IMG/VR virus record: IMGVR_UViG_3300044800_000101
Span: 1 to 25,079 of that record
From: a virus
Taxonomy: Duplodnaviria; Caudoviricetes
Reading direction: 5' to 3' (one strand)
Length of the DNA stretch: 25,079 bases
Within the stretch, counting starts at the first letter, position 1. Each line of letters opens with the position of its first letter. Made by a program: the position numbers and the translations under genes. The notes under the pieces were generated by a model that was not told the DNA's origin, did no database searches, and saw only the letters and a list, made by a program, of their open reading frames with translations. Of this stretch, positions 1 to 8,166 are shown one piece after another.

Positions 1-112
1 GGTTGCTTTGCAGACTCAGAATCCATCCAGACATGAGGCCAAAAAATACCGGTTCCATTCCATTTGAAAATTCACCTCGCGGTACATTTTCACAGCACTA
101 AAGGATCCCCCA

Positions 113-1807
113 ATGACCCCCACGATCCACCTTGGATTCGAAATCGGAACGGCAAAACCTGTAGAGGTTCCGCTTTCACACATCATTGTGACCGGCCTGA
201 CGCAGTTGTCGGGCAAAACCACAACGCTCGAGGCGTTGATCACCCGGAGTGATCTCAAAGCGATCGTCTTCCGGACCAAACCAGGCGAACGTGGATTCAG
301 CGAAGGCAATCGCATTGCGCCCTACTTCAAGGAGAAATCGGACTGGCAATATGTGGCGAGTTTGCTCGAGGCGACGCTCAAAGAGAAGCTGAAGTTTGAA
401 CGCTCCTGGATTATGAATGCGTGCAAGGGCACGAACTCGCTCCTCGAGGTGAAGCGCAACATTGAGACCCAGCTCGCAAACCCGAAGATCGGGGGATTGA
501 ATCGAAGCGTCTATACAACGCTCGATGAATACTTCAATCTGATCCTGCCTCAGATGTCAGTGACGACATTCAGCCGTGTATTGGAACCACAGCCAGGCGT
601 CAACGTGATGGATCTCGAGCGGCTGAAGGATGAACTGCAGAGTCTCGTCATCCGGAGTGTCCTCGATACAGTGCTGAAGGAAATGCATGACACGATCGTC
701 GTGATGCCGGAGGCGTGGAAGTTCTTGCCGCAGGAACGGGGCAATCCATGCAAACAAGCAGCTGAGGAATTCATTCGCCAGGGCGGAACAAACCGAAACT
801 ATCTGTGGATCGATTCACAGGATATGTCCGGCGTCGACAAGGCGCCCCTCAAACAGGTCTCGACCTGGATCCTCGGTCTTCAGTCCGAGCGAAATGAGGT
901 CCAGCACACTCTGCAGCAAATGCCGATCCCGAAAAAACTGCGCCCGACGGAAGATCAGGTGATGACGCTCCAGAAGGGACATTTCTTCGCGTGCACACCG
1001 TCGATGAGCAAGCTCGTCTATGTTCAGCCGGCGTGGCTGGATCATGCGACCGCAGAAGCTGTGGCCCGGGGGGAAAAGGATGTCGATGAGCTCACCAAAC
1101 CACTCTCCGCAAGTATGCCGGCCCTGCCGAAGCCTTCAGCAACCGCTGCTCTCGATGAGAAGCTGCTCACACTCGAAGAGGTAAAGAAATCCATTGTAGA
1201 TCTCCGAAGGGATTTCAACAAACAGCTCGATGAAGTGATGTCGTATGTCCGCAAACTCGCTGAAGTAGTTTCGAATCAGAATATCGATCGGCCGGCGGTG
1301 AAGATCGATGTCGAAGAGATCGCACAAAAGGTTATGCAGGAACTCCCGATGAAGGGGCGCCTCGTGGAAAACATCGTCGACGCGGTCCTTGCCCGGGTAC
1401 CGAAGATGGGTGCCACGGTCCAGATGACCCAATCCGTCGAACCGGTGAAAGCCCTGAAGAGCACATTCCTCCAGGAGGCGAAGGAGAAGATCCTGCAACA
1501 GATTGCCGAGCTGTCAGAGGACAAGAAGAAGGTCCTCAAGTTCGTGGAAAGCGTGCAGCGGGGAGTGAGTCAGTCGGATCTTCTGGTGCGCTGTCTCGGT
1601 CTGGCCGCCGGCAGTGGCAGCGGCAACGACAAGGTCAGAGAAATCTCAAAGGCATTACATGCAGCTGGCTTCGCGCGACGCGAGGACAAACATGCAACGA
1701 CTCATCCTAATCTGAGGGCAAAGATCAAAGATGAACTCGGTTTTCACGAAGCGAGCGATGATGAGATCGAGCAGGTATATAATCACATCATAGCGGAGCT
1801 CCTCTGA
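113..1807 (+). CDS. HerA/FtsK-like P-loop ATPase with C-terminal coiled-coil and probable winged helix
   Basis: 564 aa. HIIVTGLTQLSGKTT (Walker A-like), IVVMPEAW (Walker B position), IRQG and WIDSQ downstream motifs as in HerA/DUF87-type ATPases. AAGGA upstream of the ATG. Confidence 0.7.
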   Translation: MTPTIHLGFEIGTAKPVEVPLSHIIVTGLTQLSGKTTTLEALITRSDLKAIVFRTKPGERGFSEGNRIAPYFKEKSDWQYVASLLEATLKEKLKFERSWIMNACKGTNSLLEVKRNIETQLANPKIGGLNRSVYTTLDEYFNLILPQMSVTTFSRVLEPQPGVNVMDLERLKDELQSLVIRSVLDTVLKEMHDTIVVMPEAWKFLPQERGNPCKQAAEEFIRQGGTNRNYLWIDSQDMSGVDKAPLKQVSTWILGLQSERNEVQHTLQQMPIPKKLRPTEDQVMTLQKGHFFACTPSMSKLVYVQPAWLDHATAEAVARGEKDVDELTKPLSASMPALPKPSATAALDEKLLTLEEVKKSIVDLRRDFNKQLDEVMSYVRKLAEVVSNQNIDRPAVKIDVEEIAQKVMQELPMKGRLVENIVDAVLARVPKMGATVQMTQSVEPVKALKSTFLQEAKEKILQQIAELSEDKKKVLKFVESVQRGVSQSDLLVRCLGLAAGSGSGNDKVREISKALHAAGFARREDKHATTHPNLRAKIKDELGFHEASDDEIEQVYNHIIAELL

Positions 1808-2220
1808 TGAAAGCCCTCACTCTCACCGAGCCCTGGGCATCCCTGATGATGCTGGGAGAAAAGAATGTAGAGACCCGATCTTGGAGGACCGACTATCGGG
1901 GCGAGCTCGCAATCCACGCGGCGAAGAATATGCCGATGGCCGCTAGAGGCTTCTGCTATCACGCCCAGGTGAAGGCAGCATTCGAACGACACGGCTTCGG
2001 GCCGACGTTCCTACTCGGTCACATACTTTGCATTCGTGGGCTCGTTGCCATCATGCCAACAACTCACTGTAGCCATCTGTCGGAGAAGGAAAGATGCTTC
2101 GGAGACTATGGTCCCAGACGCTGGGCGTGGATCTTCTCACCGGCCATTAAAATCATTTCCCCGCCGGTCCCGGTAAAAGGAGCACTCAGCTTGTGGGAGT
2201 GGCAAGGGGGAGCACAATGA
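1807..2220 (+). CDS. ASCH domain protein
   Basis: MKALTLTEPWASLMMLGEKNVETRSW..YRGELAIHAAK matches the ASCH GxKxxExR signature; ends PVKGALSLWEW. TGATG overlap with the upstream gene. Confidence 0.9.
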   Translation: MKALTLTEPWASLMMLGEKNVETRSWRTDYRGELAIHAAKNMPMAARGFCYHAQVKAAFERHGFGPTFLLGHILCIRGLVAIMPTTHCSHLSEKERCFGDYGPRRWAWIFSPAIKIISPPVPVKGALSLWEWQGGAQ

Positions 2221-2618
2221 GCCCATCCGAATCTTCAGTCCGATTGGCTTTCTCGACTCGGCGACTCCAACGCAAAGACATCTCTGATCTCTTCGTATGC
2301 CTGGCATGTTCTGTCCAGCCTCAAACACCCGGCAAATTTGCAACGGACCATCTCATGGAATGGTTCAACGCTCCGGAGAAGGTTTGTCTTGCGGCAATGG
2401 ACCGGGCCTGTAATCGCGATCTGATCGAATACGGAGTATCGCTCCGATCGGCCTGGCCAACTGAGAAGGGGAAACAGCTCATCCAGACGCAGATCTTCGA
2501 CAAGTTTGTCAATTCACTCTTGACTGGTCTCGTCCAGGAAGCCATCGAGCTACTCAATCTGGAATCTCGCAAAGGCGGCCGACTTGCACTCAGCGACGAT
2601 GCAAAGGAACTCATCTGA
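2217..2618 (+). CDS. hypothetical phage protein (133 aa)
   Basis: ATGA overlap at 2217-2220 with GGGGAG upstream; contains DLIEYGVSLRSAWPTEKGK, a wing-like motif. Confidence 0.7.
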   Translation: MSPSESSVRLAFSTRRLQRKDISDLFVCLACSVQPQTPGKFATDHLMEWFNAPEKVCLAAMDRACNRDLIEYGVSLRSAWPTEKGKQLIQTQIFDKFVNSLLTGLVQEAIELLNLESRKGGRLALSDDAKELI

Positions 2619-2791
2619 TGACAATGACGCAGCCGCTGACAAAATGCAAGTCGTGTGGCTCGAATGCCATTGATCAGAAGTATCGATGCTGCACAAAGTG
2701 CGGCGTCATCCCATCTGCGCAAATTATTCAGACGTTTCAAGATTCACTGTTTGGCGGAACAACCCGTCGACAGATTAAGATCACCAAATAA
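2618..2791 (+). CDS. small zinc-ribbon protein (57 aa; not in the ORF track)
   Basis: Hand translation MTMTQPLTKCKSCGSNAIDQKYRCCTKCGVIPSAQIIQTFQDSLFGGTTRRQIKITK; CxxC..CxxC; TGATG overlap and AAGGA upstream; fills the gap exactly. Confidence 0.7.
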   Translation: MTMTQPLTKCKSCGSNAIDQKYRCCTKCGVIPSAQIIQTFQDSLFGGTTRRQIKITK

Positions 2792-2802
2792 TCGGAGGCT
2801 AT

Positions 2803-3069
2803 ATGGCAAAGAAACGAGATCTGCGCATTGTCATCTTACAGCGAGGTTGGGTTTTTGTTGGACAGTTCAAGAAAGCTGGCGAACGATGCTCGCTTGAACA
2901 TGCCCACAATGTTCGCAAATGGGGAACGACCAAAGGGCTCGGGGAGATTGCGGAGAATGGACCGACCAAAGACACAGTGCTTGACTCATGCCCAACTGTG
3001 CGATTCCATGAACAAACCGTCATCGCATCAATCGACTGTGCGGAGGAGAAATGGCAAAGTCATTTATAG
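2803..3069 (+). CDS. small conserved phage protein, DUF6948-like (88 aa)
   Basis: GGAGG SD; IVILQRGWVFVG..NVRKWGTTKGLGEIAENGP resembles small phage proteins that precede Gly-Tyr-Asp repeat ORFs. Family name from memory. Confidence 0.7.
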   Translation: MAKKRDLRIVILQRGWVFVGQFKKAGERCSLEHAHNVRKWGTTKGLGEIAENGPTKDTVLDSCPTVRFHEQTVIASIDCAEEKWQSHL

Positions 3070-3320
3070 GCGAGGATGGCCAAACTTCTTTCGGCTACGG
3101 CTACGGCTACGGCTACGGCGACGGCTACGGCTACGGCTACGGCTACGGCGACGGCGACGGCTACGGCGACGGCTACGGCTACGGCTACGGCGACGGCTAC
3201 GGCTACGGCTCCGGCGACGGCGACGGCTACGGCGACGGCTACGGCTACGGCTACGGCGACGGCGACGGCTACGGCTACGGCGACGGCGACGGCGACGGCT
3301 ACGGCTACGGCTACGACTAA
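3051..3320 (+). CDS. Gly-Tyr/Gly-Asp low-complexity repeat protein (89 aa)
   Basis: GGAGGAG SD just upstream of ATG 3051; 14-aa leader, 37 GY/GD/GS dipeptides, then Asp and the stop codon. Confidence 0.7.
   Translation: MAKSFIGEDGQTSFGYGYGYGYGDGYGYGYGYGDGDGYGDGYGYGYGDGYGYGSGDGDGYGDGYGYGYGDGDGYGYGDGDGDGYGYGYD
3093..3314. repeat. Tandem hexamer array GGCTAC/GGCGAC (37 units, one GGCTCC)
   Basis: Directly visible; 222 bp. Confidence 0.97.
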
Positions 3321-3346
3321 TTCCCTAACTAAAAAAGGATTCCGTC

Positions 3347-3619
3347 ATGCCTGACGATCGTCTCTTCAATGAGGATCCATTGGATCCAGAAGCCGCGAAG
3401 ATCGCGGACCGTTACATCCAGCTGGTGAAGGAAGAAAAACAAACGAAGGAACGCCGCGAGATCCAGGCGCGCAATCTCCTTGGCCTTCTCCGGAAGACCA
3501 ACAGGCAACAGGTCCGGCATGGAGAGTATCTGATCAAGATCAGTCATAAGCCGGAATCCGAGAAGCTGCAGCTCATCGAGCCGAAGACTGGCAGGAAGAA
3601 ATCCCGCAAGGCAAAGTGA
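3347..3619 (+). CDS. hypothetical phage protein (90 aa, basic, coiled-coil N-half)
   Basis: AAGGA SD; GTGA overlap with the next gene. Confidence 0.75.
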   Translation: MPDDRLFNEDPLDPEAAKIADRYIQLVKEEKQTKERREIQARNLLGLLRKTNRQQVRHGEYLIKISHKPESEKLQLIEPKTGRKKSRKAK

Positions 3620-4536
3620 TGGGAGACAAAAGCAAAATCGAATGGACCGATGCAACCTGGAATCCCGTCACCGGCTGCACCAAGGTGAGCCAGGGCTGCA
3701 AGAACTGCTATGCGGAGCGGGAGATGAAGCGCTTCTGGCCGGGCCGTTCATTCACAGACGTGCAGCTGCATCCGGATCCTCTGGAGCAGCCGTTGCACTG
3801 GAGACGTCCTCGCCGCGTGTTTGTGAATTCAATGAGCGATCTATTCCATGAGAGTGTTCCGGATCTCTTCATTGCTAGGGTCTTTTCCGTCATGGGGATG
3901 GCAGGCCAACATACCTTTCAGATTCTCACCAAGCGCCCGTCCCGGATGCTCGAGTGGTTCAACAAAAAGCCAGGAATGTGGCCGAAGGACATGGGTCTCT
4001 CATTGGCAGCCAATATCTGGCTCGGCGTAAGCTGCGAGGACCAGGAAACTGCGGAGAAACGGATCCCATATCTCCTTGCAACACCTGCTGCAGTCAGATT
4101 TGTCAGCTGTGAACCATTGCTCGGTCCCATCAATCTCGCTGCCGCATTGCCGGGTATTCGCGGTGAACTTGCAAGGATCGCTCATTCAATCGATCAGCGG
4201 ATAATGTATGACCGCCAAAGTGCTCCCATTCCGTACATCGATTGGATCATCGTCGGCGGTGAGAGCGGTCCCAATGCCAGACCTATGCATCGGGATTGGG
4301 TGCGATCGTTGAGAGATCAATGCGTGGCGGCTGAGGTTCCATTCTTCTTCAAACAGTGGGGAGAATGGGCTCCGAGAAGAGAGCTCTCAGATGTAGCCAG
4401 ATTCGCCTCGCTATCCTGGCCAGACCATCGCTTCCATTATTGGGATCCAGTCACAGAGATGATTCGCGTGGGCAAGAAAAACGGTGGTCGCAAAATCGAT
4501 GGCCGGGAATGGATGCAATACCCGGAGATCAGATGA
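3616..4536 (+). CDS. Phage Gp37/Gp68 family (DUF5131) protein, radical-SAM-like three-Cys motif
   Basis: KSKIEWTDATWNPVTGCTKVSQGCKNCYAE, FVNSMSDLFHE, FQILTKRP, RFVSCEPLLGPI, WIIVGGESGPNARPM, FFFKQWG. Start may be ATG 3619. Confidence 0.93.
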   Translation: MMGDKSKIEWTDATWNPVTGCTKVSQGCKNCYAEREMKRFWPGRSFTDVQLHPDPLEQPLHWRRPRRVFVNSMSDLFHESVPDLFIARVFSVMGMAGQHTFQILTKRPSRMLEWFNKKPGMWPKDMGLSLAANIWLGVSCEDQETAEKRIPYLLATPAAVRFVSCEPLLGPINLAAALPGIRGELARIAHSIDQRIMYDRQSAPIPYIDWIIVGGESGPNARPMHRDWVRSLRDQCVAAEVPFFFKQWGEWAPRRELSDVARFASLSWPDHRFHYWDPVTEMIRVGKKNGGRKIDGREWMQYPEIR

Positions 4537-4757
4537 GAACCGCACCGCTCACTCCCGCCGAGAAGGACCAGCTCAGCGCAGTAAACGAAATCTGTTGCAC
4601 CTGTCACTTCTGGTCGCACGAGGACCGGGCAAGACAGGGCGTCTGCATAAAAGGCGCAGGTCGACAGGTGAATGATCTCGCCGGCAACGGTATCCGGACC
4701 GCATATCCGAGAACGATCGCAACCGAGAGCTGCGATGAATGGCATAGGAGGATCTGA
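4533..4757 (+). CDS. small Cys-rich protein (74 aa)
   Basis: ATGA overlap, GGAG upstream; CCTCHFW..GVC..YPRT...SCDEW pattern of small phage metal-binding proteins. Confidence 0.7.
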   Translation: MRTAPLTPAEKDQLSAVNEICCTCHFWSHEDRARQGVCIKGAGRQVNDLAGNGIRTAYPRTIATESCDEWHRRI

Positions 4758-4806
4758 ATTGAAGAACCGTGCGACGCTCGCACCCCCACCGAAAAAGGAA
4801 TAGATC

Positions 4807-5187
4807 ATGGGACTACCATCAGGACCACCTCGCCCAATACCTAAACCGCCACCGAGACCTAAACCGGATCGAACAATCGATCTCAAATTGGCGCTGAAAG
4901 CAATAGAACAGAATGAACGACTTGGATTAATATCTTCAGCCGACGCGGTGCTACAAAGAATAGATCTTTTTAGACAACTGCCAAAATGCCAAATCACGCA
5001 AACAGTCACGCTCGATGATGGGCCTCATGATAAAAAAGTGTGGGGAATCTGGATCCCCTCCATCAAAAAATGGGTATGCTTTACGAATGGAGCGATCTTC
5101 TGGACGACTTCACGAGCCGTCGCAAGAATTCAACTTGAAGATTTCAGATCCAAAGAAGCTCGCGTTCGAGCGTTTCCAAAAACCTAA
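4807..5187 (+). CDS. hypothetical protein with Pro-rich N-terminus (126 aa)
   Basis: AAGGA SD; abuts the small terminase start; somewhat AT-richer than its neighbours. Confidence 0.7.
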   Translation: MGLPSGPPRPIPKPPPRPKPDRTIDLKLALKAIEQNERLGLISSADAVLQRIDLFRQLPKCQITQTVTLDDGPHDKKVWGIWIPSIKKWVCFTNGAIFWTTSRAVARIQLEDFRSKEARVRAFPKT

Positions 5188-5988
5188 ATGTCCAAACCCA
5201 AACCCCAGATCGACCAACGCAAGCTCGCTTATCTCTTTCGGACCGGAGTCCAGGAGATTGAGCGCCTGGTCAAGAAGGAGGCGCTGCCATATCGAAGTCG
5301 CAAGAGAGGAATCATCCTCTTCGACCTGGTCAAGGTCTTTCACTGGCTCATCGATCGGCAACGACAGCAACTGGAGATAGAGAAGGCGAGGCGTGATACC
5401 CGGACACTTCCTGAGCTCGCACTACTCCTCAAGCGTGAACCTCGCACAGTGAACAAGGATGTCAAGGAGCGCGGCCTGCCTCGAGATGGAAGGGGGCTCT
5501 ATCTGCTCTCAAAAGCTATCCCCTGGATCGTCGATGACTATGAGAAGCGGATCCGGCTTGCCCGGACCGGAGGCGAGAGTGAGAGTGGGGCACGCAAACG
5601 ACTCTGGCAGGTCCAGGCAGATTTGAAACAGATCACACTCGCCCGCCAGCGTGGCGAGGTAATCAACATCGACGATGCGATTCCGATCCTGGAGCGCGGG
5701 TTGAATATCCTGCGCCACAAAATAATGATCTTCCCAAGGACTGCAGCTCCACAGCTCGAAGGGCTAGAGTCTCCAGCCGAGCGGGAGCAAACATTGAAAA
5801 CCCTGGTCCATGACCTTCTCACAGACCTCTCAAACATACCAGACGCACTCCGCAGCGCTGCGAAATTGGGTCATCAAAGCACTTCCGAGAGCATTCCGGA
5901 TGCTCCGGCCGCCGCCGCCAATGACCGTAAGCGAATGGGCCGACGCAAAACGATGGCTCAGCGCCGAGACCGCAAGCGAGCCAGGTAA
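5188..5988 (+). CDS. terS: Terminase small subunit, lambda Nu1-like, with two HTH modules
   Basis: Directly upstream of and overlapping GpA; HTH segments followed by ARKRL..QADLKQITLARQRGEVINIDD, typical of Nu1-like proteins. Confidence 0.8.
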   Translation: MSKPKPQIDQRKLAYLFRTGVQEIERLVKKEALPYRSRKRGIILFDLVKVFHWLIDRQRQQLEIEKARRDTRTLPELALLLKREPRTVNKDVKERGLPRDGRGLYLLSKAIPWIVDDYEKRIRLARTGGESESGARKRLWQVQADLKQITLARQRGEVINIDDAIPILERGLNILRHKIMIFPRTAAPQLEGLESPAEREQTLKTLVHDLLTDLSNIPDALRSAAKLGHQSTSESIPDAPAAAANDRKRMGRRKTMAQRRDRKRAR

Positions 5989-7789
5989 GTATTACACTTC
6001 CCGGGCGGAGTATCAGCGTGAGATGATGGATGCAGCCAACGAACTTGGCATGCAGGAACTCACCTTCATGACCGCAGCTCGAATGGGCAAAACAACGGTC
6101 ATAGAAAACATCCTGGGGTATTTCATCGATTACGACCCGTCGCCAATTCTTCTTATCGATCCGACACTCGCCAAAGGCAAAGCCTGGTCCAAATTGAATC
6201 TCGGGCCGATGATCAGGGACAATCCATGTCTTCAAAACAAAGTCGCCGAAGCGAAGGCCAGAGATGCAAGGCATGAGATCCTCTTCAAGACTTTTCCCGG
6301 CGGTCACATTGTCATCGGAGGCGCCAACTCTCCGGGCTCGCTTTCCTCCTACTCGATGAGGATTGTTGCGTTCGATGAGACGGATGAATATCCGCCGTCG
6401 GCCGGGCTCGAGGGCGATCCGATCGATCTCGGCAAACAGCGCGCAGCAAACTTCCTCAATCGGCTTTTTATTTATACGAGCACGCCAACAATCCGGGAAC
6501 TGTCACGCATCGAGGTATCCTGGAAGGAATCCGATCAACGATTCTATCATGTTCCTTGCCCATATTGTGGCGAATTCCAGATACTTGTGTTCGGTCCGCA
6601 GTCTCAGTTCTCTCATCTCGCAAAAGGATTCCTGAAATTCGACCGGGCCAATCTCTCCTGGGTCTGTTATCAATGCGGGAATTGCGGAAAAGATATCGGC
6701 GAGCGTCACAAAATGAAAATGATCCGGCATGGACAATGGCAGAAGCAACGGCCCGAGATCAAATATCATGCAGGGTTCCATATCAATCGTCTCTATTCAC
6801 CTTGGACAACCTGGCTGGAGATCGCCGATCAGTTCTTGAAGGCAGAGAAACGGCGCGAGAAATTGAAACCGGTCATCAATAAAGTCTTCGGAGAGACATT
6901 CGTGGAGAACCAGGCGTATGAATTCGATGGGGGTTCGTTGCTGGCTCGAAGAGAGAGTTATCAAAAGGTCCCTCCAGGAGTCATCTTCCTGCTCATCAGT
7001 GTTGATACGCAGGACAACCGGCTCGAGGCGATTGTCAAAGGATGGGGGCGAGGAGATGAGAGTTGGCTCGTCGATCGGACTGTCATTCGAGGCTCTCCCG
7101 CCTATAAGTCGACGTGGGAGATGCTCGATGCGTATATCTTCAAAGAGTTCGAACATGAAAATGGCTACCGGGCACAATTCGGTCAATTGGGCGGCGTGCT
7201 CGCGGTCGGCATCGATACAGGCGGACATCACACGAAAGAAGCCTATGAGTATGTCAAAGCCCGTATGAGAAAACGGTTCTTCGGAATCAAAGGCATGGGC
7301 GGTTTTGGAAAGACATTCATCAAACAGTCGACAAATCGCAAGATCAAATCTCCGCTCTTCCTCGTCGGCGTCGACGCCGGCAAGCAACTGATCTACGATC
7401 GGCTCTTGATCGAACCGGATCCGCAGGGCAAACCGAAACCCGGCTGCATGCATTTCAACCTGCAGTGCGACAAAGACTACTTCGATCAGCTGACGTCAGA
7501 AAAGGCAGAGATACGACGCGTACGAGGCAATCCGACGAAGATCTGGGTGCTGCCGGATGGCATGGCGAATGAAATGCTTGATTGCGAGGTCTATAATCTC
7601 GCCGCATTTACGCTGCTGAATCCGAGCATGGAGAAACTCGCAACGATGTTCGAGACCAAGATGAAAGCCTTTGAAGAGAGCAACGTTCGGAGGCAGGATC
7701 CAAACTCACCTGAGCATTTATCAGAAGCAAAATCCACACCGGCAAAACCGTTCTTTCGCCGCGGTAAGAACTGGGTCAAAGAATATTGA
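5810..7789 (+). CDS. terL: Terminase large subunit, lambda GpA family
   Basis: PPPPMTVSEWAD, YQREMMDA, Walker A AARMGKTT, Walker B VAFDETDEY, TSTPT, CPYC..CGNC zinc site, nuclease SVDTQDNRLE, IDTGGH, NEMLDCEVY. Exact start uncertain (179-nt overlap with terS if 5810). Confidence 0.96.
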   Translation: MTFSQTSQTYQTHSAALRNWVIKALPRAFRMLRPPPPMTVSEWADAKRWLSAETASEPGKYYTSRAEYQREMMDAANELGMQELTFMTAARMGKTTVIENILGYFIDYDPSPILLIDPTLAKGKAWSKLNLGPMIRDNPCLQNKVAEAKARDARHEILFKTFPGGHIVIGGANSPGSLSSYSMRIVAFDETDEYPPSAGLEGDPIDLGKQRAANFLNRLFIYTSTPTIRELSRIEVSWKESDQRFYHVPCPYCGEFQILVFGPQSQFSHLAKGFLKFDRANLSWVCYQCGNCGKDIGERHKMKMIRHGQWQKQRPEIKYHAGFHINRLYSPWTTWLEIADQFLKAEKRREKLKPVINKVFGETFVENQAYEFDGGSLLARRESYQKVPPGVIFLLISVDTQDNRLEAIVKGWGRGDESWLVDRTVIRGSPAYKSTWEMLDAYIFKEFEHENGYRAQFGQLGGVLAVGIDTGGHHTKEAYEYVKARMRKRFFGIKGMGGFGKTFIKQSTNRKIKSPLFLVGVDAGKQLIYDRLLIEPDPQGKPKPGCMHFNLQCDKDYFDQLTSEKAEIRRVRGNPTKIWVLPDGMANEMLDCEVYNLAAFTLLNPSMEKLATMFETKMKAFEESNVRRQDPNSPEHLSEAKSTPAKPFFRRGKNWVKEY

Positions 7790-7801
7790 TGAAAGATCCG
7801 G

Positions 7802-8032
7802 ATGCACATTGATCTCTGGGAAGAAAATAAGAACAAGATCCTCGGGGCCTCCGGCAACTTGCGCGTCTCTCCGACCTGGCTTGTCAATTCCATTCTCTCC
7901 CTGGTCGATTCGGTGGAGATTCAGCAGCTCGTGAAGCTTCTGCCCAAGCCTGCCGATGATCCTAAAACCGCGCAAAACAAGCCAGAAAAGCCAACAATCG
8001 TCAAAAGAGCTAATTGGGTGACCCGGTTCTAA
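7802..8032 (+). CDS. hypothetical protein (76 aa) with a C-terminus resembling the GpA tail
   Basis: Fills the gap after terL; ends KRANWVTRF. Confidence 0.6.
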   Translation: MHIDLWEENKNKILGASGNLRVSPTWLVNSILSLVDSVEIQQLVKLLPKPADDPKTAQNKPEKPTIVKRANWVTRF

Positions 8033-8052
8033 ATATTCGACGTAATACGACG

Positions 8053-8080
8053 TTGACTTTGATAGTGTGGTTACTAGCTT
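8053..8080 (+). promoter_or_regulatory. Putative sigma70-like promoter TTGACT-N16-TAGCTT
   Basis: In the only large intergenic gap before the head genes; near-consensus -35, weak -10; preceded by CGACGT direct repeats. Confidence 0.4.
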
Positions 8081-8116
8081 TGGAATGAGGGCTGATCACC
8101 CTCACTCATTCACCCC

Positions 8117-8152
8117 AAACTCTGACTGTGCACAGACGGTCAGAGTTTTTTT
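8117..8152 (+). terminator. Intrinsic terminator upstream of the head genes
   Basis: AAACTCTGACTGT-GCACAG-ACGGTCAGAGTTT stem (one G:U) running into T7. Confidence 0.8.
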
Positions 8153-8166
8153 ATTTCAGGGCGCTC

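Noticed and set aside
1-112. Upstream gene end and TGAAAAT-N14-ATTTTCA inverted repeat (65-92)
   Set aside because: Two frames are open so the gene cannot be assigned; a single 7-bp inverted repeat could be chance.
2655-2897. 80-aa ORF in the track
   Set aside because: Overlaps the 2803 gene; the coupled zinc-ribbon ORF 2618-2791 fits better.
3093-3314. Repeat array as CRISPR or other spacer array
   Set aside because: 6-bp units with no unique spacers and no cas genes; it is a coding microsatellite.
2828-3354. Poly-RL (2828-3328) and poly-AT (3076-3354) ORFs
   Set aside because: Alternative frames of the same repeat; the GY/GD frame has the best SD and stops right after the array.
4760-5200. 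cos packaging site upstream of terS
   Set aside because: No intergenic gap or recognisable symmetric cosN-like sequence.
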